A stretch of DNA of 64,000 bases from the human T2T-CHM13v2.0 reference genome, Homo sapiens: the NCBI RefSeq assembly GCF_009914755.1, contig NC_060927.1. One strand, given 5' to 3'. This document shows, piece by piece, positions 1 to 16,425 of this stretch (positions within the stretch are counted from its first letter, which is position 1; each line of letters opens with the position of its first letter). A program made the position numbers and the translations under genes. The notes beneath the pieces were generated by a model. That model was not told the DNA's origin, searched no databases, and was given only the letters and a program-made list of their open reading frames with translations.

Positions 1-60
1 GGTGACAGAGTGAGACTCCATCTAAAAAAATAAATAAATAAATAAATAAAATAAAAATAA
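1..60 (+). mobile_element. Alu 3' end with (TAAA)n tail
   Basis: GGTGACAGAGTGAGACTCCATCT followed by an A/TAAA tail. Confidence 0.9.
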
Positions 61-235
61 ATACTGGGCTAGAAGACCCAGGAGACCCAAAGATTCTCTC
101 AAAACTAAGGAAAATAATCTAGGTCACATATATATTCTCTTTCTCCTTCTCCTCATTGCCCCTCTCCACCAGTAATCTTTATAGACTCAAATAGAGTTGA
201 TGTTCTATAATCAATTCTAGTCACTTTTATTTATA

Positions 236-365
236 TTTATTTATTTTAGAGATGGGGGTCTCACTATGTTGCTCAGGCTGGTCTCAAATTCCCGGGCTCA
301 AGTGATCCATCCACCTCGGTCTCCCAAAGTGCTAGGATTACAGGCATCAGCCACTGCACTTGGCC
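236..365 (-). mobile_element. Alu left monomer (FLAM-like)
   Basis: Single monomer; TSD-like GTCACTTTTATTT / GTTACTTTTATTT. Confidence 0.8.
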
Positions 366-922
366 GTTACTTTTATTTTTGATGTTCAAATTATAAGCTA
401 ATGTCTGTGAGACCATAGATTCTTTTTATGCACTCAATACGTTTTTGTGTTTACCTTACATTTTTATTATGGAAAAGATTCTGTTTTTTCCACTTGTTTC
501 TATTTGATAATGAAGCCCTCTGTGCCTATCGCCAGCCTCAGCCGCCATCATCTCATTACCAAGCTGGGTTATTTTGAAGCAAACATCTTCAATATTTAGC
601 CGGTGTTCAAATTTACCAAACCATCCTAAATGAGTGTTTAGAATAGTTGTCTCATTGGAAACAAGGTCAAAACAAGTACATTTTACATTTTTAGGCCAGT
701 CTTGAAAGTAAGCGTAAAACCATGTGTGGGATAGGAGGTGGAACTAGCCTCTCAAGGTGGGACCTGGATACCAGACCCAATTGAGGACTAGCTAAGACAG
801 ATTCCACAGTGAATAACACCAGGAGGTGGGAATATTAAGGTCCATTGCAAAGGCTGGCTACCACAATTATTTGATCAACTAGTTATCAAACCTGACTGCA
901 GCTGAGAGAGATTTGTTTTTGC

Positions 923-1053
923 TTTTTTTTTTTTTTCAGAGACAGGGTCTTGCTATATTGCCCAGGCTGGACTCAAACTCCTGGGCTCAAGTGATTCTTC
1001 TGCCTCAGTATCCCGAGTAGCTGAGACTACAGGTGTGTGCCACTGTGCCCAGC
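923..1053 (-). mobile_element. Alu monomer (FLAM-like)
   Basis: Poly-T, then AGAGACAGGGTCTTGCTATATTGCCCAGGCTGG. Confidence 0.75.
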
Positions 1054-1876
1054 AAGATATTAAAAAATACATATGCGCGGACACCACTCTAAACCAACTA
1101 AATCAGAATCAGATATAGTGAAGTCATTAATCATTTTGCTCCTGGGTCTTTATGACAGTTTTGCTCCTGGGAAACTCCTGGGAATGTGGTAGAGAGAGAG
1201 AAAGAGATGGGAAAATACGATTTTAAGAAGTGTTGCTATGCATTTTGAAAATAATATTTCTTTGGTGTTTGTCTTGAGGGATGGCAATAAACATTTCAAT
1301 TGCTTTTAAGTATGCTTGCATGCTGGAATGATGGTTCTATGAATGCAGCATCGAACTGGGATTGGGCCACATGGCAGCCAGCATGAGACTTTATGCCACA
1401 TTTATAAAACATGAATGTCATGAGCCCACTCTCAGGGACCTTACTATTTGGAGGGTTAGGTCAGATCCACAAATCTCTTCTATCTCATGGTAAAGGAAGC
1501 CTGGCGTGTAGCAGGAGATGGTGTGAAACAATATCATATTGCATGATCAATATTTGTATTCTTAGCAATATTAAACTTTTTGACCCCCTCCATTGTGTCA
1601 TCAATTTGCTTAATACAGTTTCTGCTTCAGCGTCGGTTTTTAAGCCTGGTGTAAGCTGTTTGAAACCCAGGCACGTACCCCGCCCATTATCTTTGGCCTA
1701 GTTAACACCTCCCGTCCCTGCGTGGTGGTTTGGAGAACCTGCTTGTTCCTCATCCCACTGATCCCAAACCCAGGACACCCCACAGCTGCTGACCATGACT
1801 AAACCTAATGGAGATTTAATGCCTTTCTTCTGATTCTCAGGGTCTGACATTCATTCACTTAAATACTTGCAGAGTC

Positions 1877-2190
<314 letters not shown>

Positions 2191-2478
2191 TTAGGAAACC
2201 ATGAAGTCTAGAGTTTGATCCAATCCCTTCCTTTTTCTCTTTCTCAAATATTTTGAGCCAGGTGTTATTCTAGATTGTCTTGTGATATTTACAATCTAGG
2301 AGAAGGCAGGAGAGAGAACTAAGAACAGAGAGCATGTTCTGAGATGTCTGTTGTGTTTGCATGTACCTTCCCTCAATTTCCCTACTCATTGGCCATGCTA
2401 GAAAGCAGGTCTTGGCGCCATATTTGTACCATGGTACTTCCCCTCCCTATACTCAATTGGTTGGCCAGAAGCACAATT

Positions 2479-2484
<6 letters not shown>

Positions 2485-2523
<39 letters not shown>

Positions 2524-2565
2524 TCCCTCTCCCTCTCCCTCTCCCTCTCTCCCTCCCTCCCTCTC
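2485..2565. repeat. (TC)n-(CTCTCC)n pyrimidine microsatellite
   Basis: Seen directly. Confidence 0.95.
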
Positions 2566-2707
2566 CAAGATATCCAGTAACTGACTGATCAGCTGGTGGT
2601 GGGCTCTGCTGGCTGCCATGATGGGCCACCAGAAAAGGGGGAAAATTGTTTGTGAGTGAGAGAAGCAGAGATAAGAAAGTCCACAGGGCTGATAAGAAAG
2701 ACCATGG

Positions 2708-3017
2708 GCTGCCGGACGTGGTGGCTCACGCCTGTAATCCCAGCACTTTGGGAGGCCAAGACGGGTGGATCACGAAGTCAGGAGATCGAGACCATCCTGG
2801 CTCACATGGTGAAATCCCATCTCTACTAAAAATACAAAAAATTAGCCAGGTATGGTGGCGGGTGCCTGTAGTCCCAGCTAATTGGGAGGCTGAGGTGGGA
2901 GAATGGCGTGAACCCCGGGAGGTGGAGCTTGCAGTAAGCTGAGATCGCACGACTACACTCCAGCCTGGGCGACAGAGCAAGACTGCGTCTCAAAAAAAGA
3001 AAAAAAAAAAGAAAAAA
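2708..3017 (+). mobile_element. AluY/Sc
   Basis: GAGATCGAGACCATCCTGGCT and GAATGGCGTGAACCC motifs; TSD AGACCATGG. Confidence 0.9.
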
Positions 3018-3564
3018 GAGACCATGGGCTTCTGAGAGCCAGAAAGAGGCATTTTGGTTTCTGTAACTGCAGTTTCCATTCTCTCATGGCCTCTCATTTG
3101 TTTCTCGTGCCCATGAGTTTTCCTGTTAGAGATAAGGTGTGCTCCTTTCCCTCCAGCTCATGCAAATGGGTTTCTGTTTCTTACAATCATTGTTCCCAGA
3201 TATGGATGGTGACTGATGCTCTACTAAATGCTGAAAAAAAGCAGAGTGGAAGCACAGAAAAGAGGGCTTCTCTGAGGAGGTGACGTTAGAGCCCAGTTGG
3301 AAGGCAGGGGTAAATGCGCACCATGATTTTTTAGGATTAAAACCAAGTATCTCACTGCTTGGGCACATGTAGATAGCTGTGATTTAACAGTAAACTGTCC
3401 CAGTTATACCCATTGTCAGTTACCTCACCACAGGGATTATGTAGCCCTGAGTTTGCTTAGTGATTATTTATTTTAGGTTGTTGTTTATCCAAACCTCTTA
3501 AACGGCACGCGTTTGGACCAAGTGACAGCATCGTTCATTGATGTTGTGGGCAAACCACTATTTT

Positions 3565-3700
3565 ATTACTCAAGACTGGGTAATTTATAAAGAAAAAGAG
3601 GTTTAATGGGCTCACAGTTCCATTTGGCTGAAGAAGCCTTAAAATCATGGTAGAAGGCAAAAGGCACATCTTACATGGTGGCAGACAAGAGTGATGAGAG
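3565..3700 (-). mobile_element. THE1/MST (MaLR) LTR fragment
   Basis: AGACTGGGTAATTTATAAAGAAAAAGAGGTTTAATGG..CTCACAGTTCCA. Confidence 0.75.
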
Positions 3701-3802
3701 CTATTTTGGTTATTGTTCACTGGCCATAGAATTTACTTCTATATTTTGAACTAAGAAAAGAGCCGGGAACACAAGACGGTTACAGGTCTGTCTTTTGTTT
3801 TT

Positions 3803-3828
3803 GATAATGATGATGATGATGATGATGA
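3803..3828. repeat. (GAT)n microsatellite
   Basis: Seen directly. Confidence 0.9.
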
Positions 3829-4112
3829 AATGGCTGACATGGTTCATGATTGCTTTTTCTCATCATCTCAGACCTAGATTTTTGGCTGGACTATTGGCTT
3901 GGGATAGATGAAAATCATTCCTTGTATCCCCTGATCTTAAAGTCAAGACTGAACCAACCTCCAGACACAAGCCTTCATGGGGCTTCAGATACCATGAGGA
4001 ATGGGCATCCCTGCAATATTGTCATGGCTGTCAAAATTGTTATTGGAGCTGAGCAAGTGGGCCCTCTCCTGCCATTCCATCCTGCTTAGATTTCCCATTC
4101 AACATCAATCGT

Positions 4113-4574
<462 letters not shown>

Positions 4575-5779
4575 TAGGCATCCAACAAATGTTTAATTTC
4601 ATTCAACAGCTCCTCTTACCACTACCCCCACCTTATTTGCAGGTGGCTAAGTACAATCAGAACAAGTAGGTATCATAAGATTTAGTCCAGAGTCAATCTG
4701 GGAAGAAATTACTTTAGTGATATGAAAAGAAACCAAGCTATTTAGTCAGAATACTTCTGAGAGTATCCTCTGTCCAAGCATTTGCTGAATTTCGATCTAC
4801 TAATTTTCAGGTGGAACAGTATGGTTGCAGAGAGTCCATTTGGATATATATACACTTTCATGCATTCATGTCTTTAACAATAATTTGTGGCCCTGCTGTG
4901 TTTGTTCACTAACTCCTTCGAACCTACCATATAAGCTATATCTTTATTTTCCTTGTAATTTGGGAGGTCCAATGCTTCATTAAGCTCACATGCCTGAAAC
5001 TAATGAAGAAAATAGCTCGTTAACCAGCTAGTATAAAAATAGCCACCAAAATAAGTCAATCACCCGCCTTAAATCAGCTCAGTACTGCCATCTTGAGCGG
5101 AGAAGCCCATTCTGAATCGCAGTCAAGACACTGATGGAAAAGCAGCTCTCTCTGGGTATCAAAACCACGCTCGCCCCAAATCCTTCTCCCCAGAATTCTA
5201 CTCATTGCTCACCCACTAAACCCAGAACAAACCAGAAGTGCTTGAAATGAGGATGGGTAGCTCCGTGTACCAATCAGAATTTAAAACTGTATCAATTCCT
5301 GCTATAGAAATGAGGCTTCTCCCCAGGACCAGCATTCCATGAAGGCAGCCCTTTTCTAGATGGAGAAAACACAACCTGAAGACACCCGTTTCCCTAAACT
5401 GCTCTCGCTCATGTATAAGTACAAATGAAAAATGCTGACGCTGCTTCCGTTGGCATTGCTTTTTAATTACGGCCATCAATAAATCATTTTATCCTTGAAC
5501 AAGACTTGAGAATGGCCCGAAGGCAGAGGCATGATTCCTTAGGAATTAGGCCAAAAGAGAATGGGCTGTCTCTCTTCTCACCTCTTCTCTTACTCTGCTG
5601 TCAGAAACAGAAACGTTCTCTGTGAGTAGCTGGGAGCCGACGGCCGCACTTGAGTTCCATCTGGGGCTTCTGTTGACACAGTTTTACCCCAGCCTGCCTT
5701 GATGGCCACTGCCACACAAGCTGCATCTGTTCTTTCTTCTGCGCCTCTTGTTACATCGTTGTTGTTTTTCCTCTTTCTA

Positions 5780-6683
<904 letters not shown>

Positions 6684-7654
6684 TTCCTGTCTTCTTATAT
6701 TAATAAGAAAAATAAAATGAAATAGTGGTAAAGTGTTGGGACGGCGAAAATTTTTGGGGATGGTATGGAGAGATAATGGGCGATGTTTCTCAGGGCTGCT
6801 TTGAGTGGGATTAGGGGCAGCGTGGGAACCTAGAGTGGGAGAGATTAAGCTGAAGGAAGATTTTGTGGTAATAGGTGATATTGTGGGGTTGTTAGAGGAA
6901 ACATTTGTCATTTAGAATTATTGATGATGGCTTGGATACAGTTTTGTATGAATTGAAAAACTAAACAGAATAAGAGAAGGAGAAAAACAGGTATTAAAGG
7001 ACTAAGAATTGGGAGGACCTAGGACATCTAATTAGAGAGTGTCTAAGGAGGTTCAGCATAGCCTTGCCAGCAAAGATTATTTATTTAAGAGTTAAGAGTG
7101 GCGGTTTGGGGATAGCATCAGGAGATATCAGCTGTGATGGCTTGGAGAAACAGTGTAAATCAGCAGTGTAAACAAGAGCAGGGCATGTATGAGTAGTTGA
7201 GAACGGTGAATAAAAGTGTGACTAGAGAGAAGATAGTAGGGATGACAAGTTTTTTTGGGGCACAGTCCAAGTTGCTCTGGTGTCTGGAATGAGACTGGGG
7301 CTTAATAAAAAGGAGCATCTATACAGGAGCTCAAATGGGCTGTACCTTGTAGCATTCCAAGGACAGGCCTGAATTCTGAGAAGGGAAAGTGGTAAAAGTA
7401 TTGTCCAGTCCTTTTTAAGTTGGTGGCTGAGCTTGGTGAGGTGTGTTTTTAAAAGACCATTAGTCTGTTCTACCTTTCCTGAAGACTGAGGACTGTAAGG
7501 GATATAAAGGTTTCACTGAATACTAAGAGCCTGAAAAAATGCTTGGCTGACTTGATTAATAAAGGCCGGTCTACTATTGGACTGTATAGAGGTGGGAAGG
7601 CCAAACTGAGGAATTATGTCTGACAGAAGGGAAGAAATGACCGTGGTGGCCTTC

Positions 7655-9265
7655 TTAGACCCTGTGGGAAATGCCTCTACCTATCCGGTGAAAGTGTCTA
7701 CCTAGACCAAGAGGTATTTTAGTTTCCTGACTCAGGGCACGTTGAGTAAAGCTAATTTGCCAGTCCTGGGTGGGGGCAAATCCCTGAGCTTGATGTGTAG
7801 GGAAGGGAGGGGGCCTGAAGAATCCCCGAGGAGTAGAGAATAGCAGATGGAACACTGAGAAGTTATTTCTTTGTGGATAGATTTCCACACTGGAAAGGAA
7901 ATGAGCGGTTCTAAGAGGCGGGCTAGTGGCTTGTACTATAGGATAGCCTGCCTTTGCTGGTGTGTGGCGATTAGGCCTGGTGGAACTGCCATCAATAAGT
8001 GTGATCAGGGTGAGAAACAGGAAAGAAGGAAATGTGGGGAAATGGGGTGAACATCAGGTGGATCAGAGAGATACAGTCACGAGGGTCAAGTGTGGTATCA
8101 GGAATAATGTGGGAGGCCGGATTGAAGTCTGGGCCATGAACAGTGGTAATTGTGGGAGACTCAACAAAGAGTTAGTACAGCTGAAGGAGCCGGGGAGCAG
8201 AAAGTATATGTGTCATCTGTAAGGAAGAAAATAGATTTTGGAAATTATGAGAGCTGTAGAGAGTGAGTTGAGCATAGTTTGTGATTTTAAGGTCCTCTAA
8301 AAGTATTAGGGCAGCAAGAGCCACTGCATGGAGACATAATGGCCAGCCTAAAACAGTAAGGTCAAGTTGTTTGGACAAAGAGGCTACAGGATGCAATCCT
8401 GGTCCTTGTGTAAGAATTTCGACTACACAGCGCTGCACTTTGGCTGTGTGTAGTGAAAAGGGTTGGGATGAGTCAGGGAGAGCTAGGGTGGGGGCAGCCT
8501 TTAAAGCTGTCTTCAAGGAACAGAAAGAGGAGTGGGGAAAGGATTTAGGATCTATGGGGTCAGCTAGGTTTCCTTATTTGAGTTTATATAATGGTTTTGT
8601 TAGGATGGCAAAACCAAGTATCTAAAGGCAAAAGTATCCAACCATGCCCAGGAAGGAAAGGAGTTGTTGTTTTGTAGCTGGGGTTGGGGTTTGAGAGATT
8701 AGTCGGACACGATCGGCAGGGAGAGCACGTGTGTTTTTATGAGAATTATGCTGAGATAGGTAACAGACAAGGAAGAAATTTGGGCTTGACTGAAGTCATA
8801 GGGACTGTCCGTGAAGTTTTGTGGCAGTGCAGCCCAGGTAATTTGCTGAGCTTGATTGGTGTCAGGGTCAGTCCAAGTGAAAACAAGGAGAGACTGGGAT
8901 GAAGGGTGCAAAGGAATAGTAAAGAAAGCATGTTTGAGATCCAGAACAGAATAATGAGTTGTGGAGGGAGGAATTGAGGATAGGAGAGTATATGCGTTTG
9001 GCACCATGAGGTAGATAGGCAAAACAATTTTGTTGATAAGGCATAGATCCTGAACTAACTTGTAAGGCTTGTCTGGTTTTAGGACAGGTAAAATGGGGGA
9101 ATTGTAAGGAGAGTTTATAGGCTTTAAAAGGCCATGCTGTAGCAGGCGAGTGATAACAGGCTTTAATCCTTTCAAAGCATGCTGTGGGATGGGATATTGA
9201 CATTGAGCGGGGTAAGGGGGATTAGGTTTTAATGAGATGGCAAGGGGTGCATGATCGGTCGCCAA
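7655..9265 (-). pseudogene. HERV-H pol remnants (RT, tether, part of IN)
   Basis: SPYNSPILPVLKPDKPYKLVQDL and YSVLDLKHAFFTIPL (8699-9265); APTLALPDSSQPF (8172-8516); QGFAPTQDWQI; frameshifts and stops. Confidence 0.9.
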
Positions 9266-9774
9266 GGAGGGAGTAGAGGTATCTTATACTTGTGGGTTAA
9301 GGTGGGTAGCAATGAGTTGTAGCTATAGTCCAGGAATAGTCAGGGAAGCAGATAATTTAGTTAAAGTGCCTCAGCCTAATAAGGGAACTGGGCAGGTGGG
9401 GATAACTAAAAAGGAGTGCTTAAAAGAGTATTGTCTAAGTTGGCATCAGAGTTGGGGAGTTTTAAGAGGTTTAGGAGCCTGGCTGTCAACACCCACAACA
9501 GTTATGGAGGCAAGGGAAACAGGCACTTGAAAAGAAGGTAATGTGGCATGGGTAGCCTCTGTATTGATTAAAAAGGGGATGGACTTACCCTCCACTGTGA
9601 GAATTACCTAGAGCATCTGTGATGGTCCTGTAGGCTTCCAAAGTGATTGATCAGGCAGTGTCAGTCTTCAGCTGCTAAGCCAAGAAGATCTGGGAAGGAG
9701 TCAGTCAGAGAGCCTTGGGCCAGAGTTCCAGGGGCTCTGGGAGTGGCTGCCAGGTGAGTTGAACAGTCCAATTT

Positions 9775-9969
9775 CTAGTGGGGTCCCACACAGATGGGAC
9801 ATGGCTTAGGAGGAATCCCGGGTTGTGGGCATTCCTTGGCCTGGTGGCCAGATTTCTGGCACTTGTAGCAAGCTCCTGGGGGAGGTGGTTCTGTAGGAAC
9901 ACCTGGCCACTGTGCTTTAGGCGTTTGGAAGTTCTTGTGTGCTGGAGATGTGGCTGGGGTTTGTCTCAC
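9775..9969 (-). pseudogene. HERV-H gag NC remnant
   Basis: CYKCQKSGHQAKEC...CPICVGPH zinc knuckles. Confidence 0.88.
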
Positions 9970-10977
9970 AGTGGAGGCAAGGAATTACAACTCAGAAATA
10001 TGTTGCTACTTGGTTGCCTCTACTCTATTATTGTACACCTTGAAGGTGAGGTTAATTAAGTCCTGTTGTGGGGTTTGAGGGCCATAATTTAATTTTCAGA
10101 GTTTTATTTAATGTCGGGAGCAGATTGGGTAATACAATGTATATTGAGAATAAGACATCCTTTTGACCTTTTAGGGTATAGGGCTGTAAAGCATCTCAGG
10201 GTTGCTGCCAAATGAGCCATGAACTAGGCTGGATTTTTATATTTGATGAAAAGGAGCCTAAACTCTATCTGATTTGGGATAAAGAAAAAGGAGCATTAAC
10301 CTTGACTATGCCTTTAGCTTCAGCCACCTTTTTAAGAGTAAATTGCTGGGCAGGTCGGGGAGGGCTAGTCATGGAACAAAACTGTAAGCCGGACGCGGTG
10401 TGAGGAGGGGAGGTGACAAAAGTATTATAGGGTGGAGGAGCAGAGGCTGAGGAAGAATTGGGGCCTAGCTTGGCCTGGTGAGGAGGGGAGAGGTCAGATT
10501 TTTCTGTAGAAAAGGAAGATTAGAAAGACTCAGTGATGCTTGGGGTTGGGATTGAGGGGGCAGCTGGGAGGGAAAGAAGGAAGATTTGGGATGAGTTGCA
10601 CTGGGAACAGACTAGGGAGGGACCAATGTGTAAAAGAATGCCTGGACGTCAGTCACCTCAGACCGTTTGCCCATTTTATGACAAGAATTATCTAGATCAT
10701 GTAGGATGGAAAAATTGAAAGTGCCATTTTCTGGCTATTTGGAACTACTGTCAAGTTTGTATTGGGGTCAAGCAGCATTGTGGAAGAAAATAAGGCATTT
10801 AGGTTTTAGGTCAGGTGTGAGTTGAAGAGGTTTTAGGTTTTTAAGAACACAGGCTAAGGGAGAAGAAGGGGGAATGGTGGGCAGAAGCTTACCCATAGTG
10901 AAGGCGGCAAGCCTAGAGAAAAGAGAGAGTAGAGACACAGAGAGAAGGGGTGGGGGGTTCTTGCCTTCCAGAAAAGC

Positions 10978-11155
10978 AGGAAAGGGGTTGGGGTGCAGAA
11001 ATAAAGGGTTGTGATACAGAGCTAAGAGGTCAGGGCACAGAAATAAGGGGTTGGGGTGCAGAGATAAGAGGTCAGGTCACAGAAATAAGGGATTGGGTCA
11101 CAGAGATAAGAGGTTGGGGCATGGAAATAAGGGATCGGGGCACAGAGATAAGAGA
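10978..11155. repeat. About 21-bp tandem array in the HERV-H leader
   Basis: About 8 units resembling GAGATAAGAGGTTGGGGCACA. Confidence 0.85.
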
Positions 11156-11689
11156 GGGTTCCTGCCCCTCCCCCAGAAAAACAGGACTTGCTGCTAAGGG
11201 TGAAGGAGAAGGGGTTGAGGGGTTCTTGCCCCTTCCCCCAGAAAAGCGGGACTTGCCACTAAGGGTGAAGGACCAAGGCAGGCGTCCCTGCGTGGTCTGA
11301 CACCTCTGAAACCTGGGTGAATAATCAGAGAGGCATCCCTGCAATGATTAAACACCAAGGAAAGGGTGTCTTCCCAAGTCCGTGACAGGCGCTGGAGTTG
11401 TGGGTCCATGGATAAAACGTGTCTCCTTTGTCTCTACCAGAAAATGAAAGGAATTGAAATTAAGAGAAGGGAGAGATTGAAGTGTGGTGCCAAGATTGAA
11501 AGGATAAAGAGGTTGAGGGATAGTGAAGGAGGTTGGAGAAGAGAGTAAAAAGAAGTCACTTACTGGATTTGAAATTGGTGAGATGTTTCTTGGGCTGGTC
11601 AGCCTGAGGACCTGAGGTTGTAGCTGGATCTTTCTCTCAGAGCAAAGAGCAGGAGGACAGGGGATGGATCTCCCAAGGGAGGTCCCCCG

Positions 11690-11707
11690 ATCCGAGTCAC
11701 GGCACCA
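11690..11707 (-). other. Primer-binding site, tRNA-His
   Basis: + strand ATCCGAGTCACGGCACCA matches the recalled 3' 18 nt of tRNA-His. Confidence 0.95.
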
Positions 11708-11709
11708 AA

Positions 11710-12060
11710 TTTCACATGGGTCCGTGCGAAGAGACCACCAAACAGGCTTTGTGTGAGCAATAAAGCTGTATATTTCACCTGGGTGCAGGTGGGCTGAGTC
11801 CGAAAAGTGTGAGCGAAGGGAGATAGGGGTGGGGCCATTTTATAGGATTTGGGTAGGTAAAGGAAAAAGGGGGGTTGTTCTCTGGCAGGCAGGAGTGGGG
11901 GTCACAAGGTGCTCAGTAGGGGAGCTTTTGAGCCAGGATGAGTCAGGAGAAGGTATTTCACAAGATAATGTCATCAGTTAAGGCAGGAACTGGCCATCTG
12001 GATGTGTACGTGCAGGTCACAGGGGATACGATGGCTTAGCTTGGGCTCAGAGGCCTGACA
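11710..12060 (-). promoter_or_regulatory. HERV-H 5' LTR (LTR7 promoter)
   Basis: Starts TGTCAGGCCTCTGAGCCCAAGC; TATAAAA at 11838-11844 (-); GGGGTGGGG GT-box at 11826-11834. Confidence 0.93.
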
Positions 12061-12065
12061 CTCTT

Positions 12066-12578
<513 letters not shown>

Positions 12579-13345
12579 CAGACATTGTTTGAAGCCACCC
12601 ATTTCATAGTTCTTTGCTGCAGTGGTTGTGGAATATGAATGCACTCATGCTGTTGGTTGGACTTTGCTGATCTTGTGTCTGTTATGCCCTGGCAGTTCTA
12701 CAGGGCCTGGAGCTGATATGGAAAACCTCCCTTCTTTCCCAAATGGTCCCCAGTTTCCCCGTTCACTGAAGGCCCTGCAGTCAGGAACAGTCAGGACTTT
12801 GCACCCAGTTGTTGTGGGTGTTTGGCCGACCCCTCCTCTTGTGTGATTCGTGGACCAGCAGCATTGTGTCACCTGTGAGTTTTTGGAATTGAAGACTCTC
12901 AGGGCTCACCTGGGAGGACCTCCTGGGCCAGAATCTGCATTTTAACAAGATGCCTGGGTGATTTACGTAAACGTTCAGATCTGAGAAGCGCTGGTAGGAG
13001 AGGCTTTAAGGTGGTAATTAGATCTTTTCTCCACCTGCAAGAATCTTAGTTTCTTCATGTTAAATCTATTAACTGTGGCAATGGCATGGGGGTTATAAAA
13101 CAAAACAAAATCCTTACATCAAGAATGCACCCTGGTGTGTTATGGATGTGAGTGAAATGAAATGTCTGGAATTTGCTTTAAAATATTGTAAAATAGCAAG
13201 AAGGAAAATAAAAGCAGGAACTGGAATGAGATTGGTGAAATGTTGACAAGTTCTTGCAGTGGGATGATGGGTGCATGGGGGTTCATGGTGTAATTCTCTC
13301 CCTGCTTTTTGTGCACATGGGAAATTTCCATAATGAAAAGTTAGA

Positions 13346-13938
<593 letters not shown>

Positions 13939-13941
13939 TAA

Positions 13942-14256
<315 letters not shown>

Positions 14257-14645
14257 TCAACTGTTTTTCATGACTCCACTTTTTCTCACCTCTTGGAAAT
14301 GAGTAGTCTTTGAGGGAATGTCTTTTTTGTCTCAATCTCTGGTTTCTTTGCTCAGTGCACCTGTGTTTGGCGCTTTGTTGATCTCCAGGCCTTTTTCAGC
14401 AGTGTTGTCCCTGGAGAGCATGATGGCAGCTGATGGCTTCTCAGCATCTTTTAACTCAGTTTAAGATGACTATCAACATCATCTAGTCAGCAACTGTTGC
14501 TCTCGACAGCTGGGACTTCATTTCCTTTCTCTTTCTCCACCTCTCTAACCTCTTTAAGACTCTGTCTTTGTCATGGGTACAGCATCACCAGTGTGGCCCT
14601 TAGGCTCTCTTACTTACATGTGATCTGCGTATTATGTCTTTACTT

Positions 14646-14866
14646 CAGGGCTTCTCAACCAGGGGGTAATTTTGCCCCCCCAGAGAACATGTGCCTATGT
14701 CTGGAGACAGTTTTGGTTGTTGCAGCTGGAGGAGGTGGTGCTACTGGCAGCTAATGAGTAGAGGCCAGGGATGCTGCTAAACATCCTACAATGCCCTGGA
14801 CAACTCCCACTAAGACAAAATAATGATCCAGCCCCAAATGTCAATAGTGCTGAAAGTGAGAGACCC
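14646..14866. mobile_element. MER20-like hAT DNA transposon
   Basis: CAGGGCTTCTCAACC...GAGGCCAGGGATGCTGCTAAACATCCTACAATG...TGAGAGACCCTG. Confidence 0.8.
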
Positions 14867-16425
14867 TGATTCCATCTTAGAGCTTAGAGATCATCCAAGC
14901 ACATTTGGGCCAAATTGTTTTTGCTACTGTCCCATGAAGAAAAGGCAGACTCATGACTGATGGCAACATCGATGGGAATTTTGTTTACCTCTTCTTTGTG
15001 GACTTTGGGATACGATGACTTACCATTTGTGCAAGTTGTGCATCTCACACCTCCAGGCGCCACCCACATATTTATGAAAATGCCACCCCAGGAATTGCAC
15101 AGTACATAGTCTACATGGCTATAAGCAGTTGCTCTGGTTTTGGGGTTGCCCTGGTGTGCTCTGAAACTAGGAGGAACTTTATTTCTGGCCATTAGAGGCC
15201 CTGAGCATGACATTGAGTATTCCTTCAAGAAAGGAGAAATGTTGAACAGAGAGGACCTCATTTTTATAACTCTTGACCATCATCTAGTTGCAGAGCATCC
15301 ACTTTTCACCCCTGGGCCATATCCATTTGACGGATGTAAAATGATCAAATTATACTATCATGGCTTACGCTTTTGATAGCTTCTGCCCGGAACATAGTGG
15401 TAAGAGCCTCTCATTTTCAATTGATTCATTGGGGGAGAAAATATACACGGCTGCCCTAAGACTTTCTATTACACACCATTTGCTTGACGGGATTTCTTTA
15501 GTTTCTGTAGCATAACTTATTCTAACTGGTCCTCAATCACTTTGCAATAAAAACTGAGACTGTGAAAATGTTCATTGTCATTACCAGTGACAGAGCAGTA
15601 AGTACAGAGTTCTGGAGAGGGAAGGAATCGAGAGATTTAAACTAGCAGAATAAGCCACTCACCCTCAGAATTGCTTTTCTTCTTGGTGGGAACTGAGGGG
15701 AATTTCGACAGGGTTCAGAGGGACTGCGGGGAGTGGGGCTGGGAGATGGCTGTTTGCACGTGTGGTCAGCAAATCCAGTGAGGGGGTCCATGTACTGTGG
15801 GCAGCCCCACAGATGGAGTTGGGGTTGCCCTGGACTGAGTACTGGGTCATCAGACTGCAAACCGCCATTCTCAAGACATCGAGGCCCAGGCTGGTGCAGG
15901 AGATACATCGCAGTGTGTCAGCCTTTCTTCCATCGCTCCTCTCTAACGACAGTTCCCGATTTTCCACCAAGGAGTCACTAGTGCCCCAGGGCATGTGTGC
16001 GACTGGCCACTCCCCACCCTGATCTGGGGCTGGGGCATGTGGTCCCAGCCTGCATGTCAATATCCTTCCACCTCCTCCACCACCCTGGCCACAGTGATTG
16101 GGTCTGAGAAGCAGATTAGCCAAAGGAGAGACAATCTTGGAAATTTCATGTTCATGCTTAAGAAAGTAAAATGGAAAGTGGGGGGAGGGTGAGGGGTCAT
16201 TCTGATGATATAGTTTGAGGACCTGGATGTAGCCACACCTGTAGCTGTCAACTCTGTGCCATAGTACTGCTTTTTTTTTTTTCCTTCATATTTAAATACT
16301 TTCTAGAGGCAAGGTCTTTTTATGTTGCTTGGGCTGGTTTTGAAAAGTCTCTTTTGGGGGGATGCTTTCACTGCTTCACTTCCTTTCTATGACAGGTCAG
16401 GGAATCAGAAGACAAGGGAGATGAC

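Noticed and set aside
8699-9265. 188-aa RT ORF as a functional enzyme
   Set aside because: Truncated HERV-H pol; the YXDD region is missing.
10978-11155. CRISPR-like periodicity
   Set aside because: No unique spacers, eukaryotic ERV context, and no cas genes.
10950-11300. 116-aa ORF with a 7-aa repeat (EIRGxGx)
   Set aside because: It is the antisense translation of the HERV-H leader tandem repeat.
15733-15981. RRYIAVCQPFFHR resembles the GPCR DRY..C.P motif
   Set aside because: No hydrophobic TM3 or TM4 in any frame around it; likely chance.
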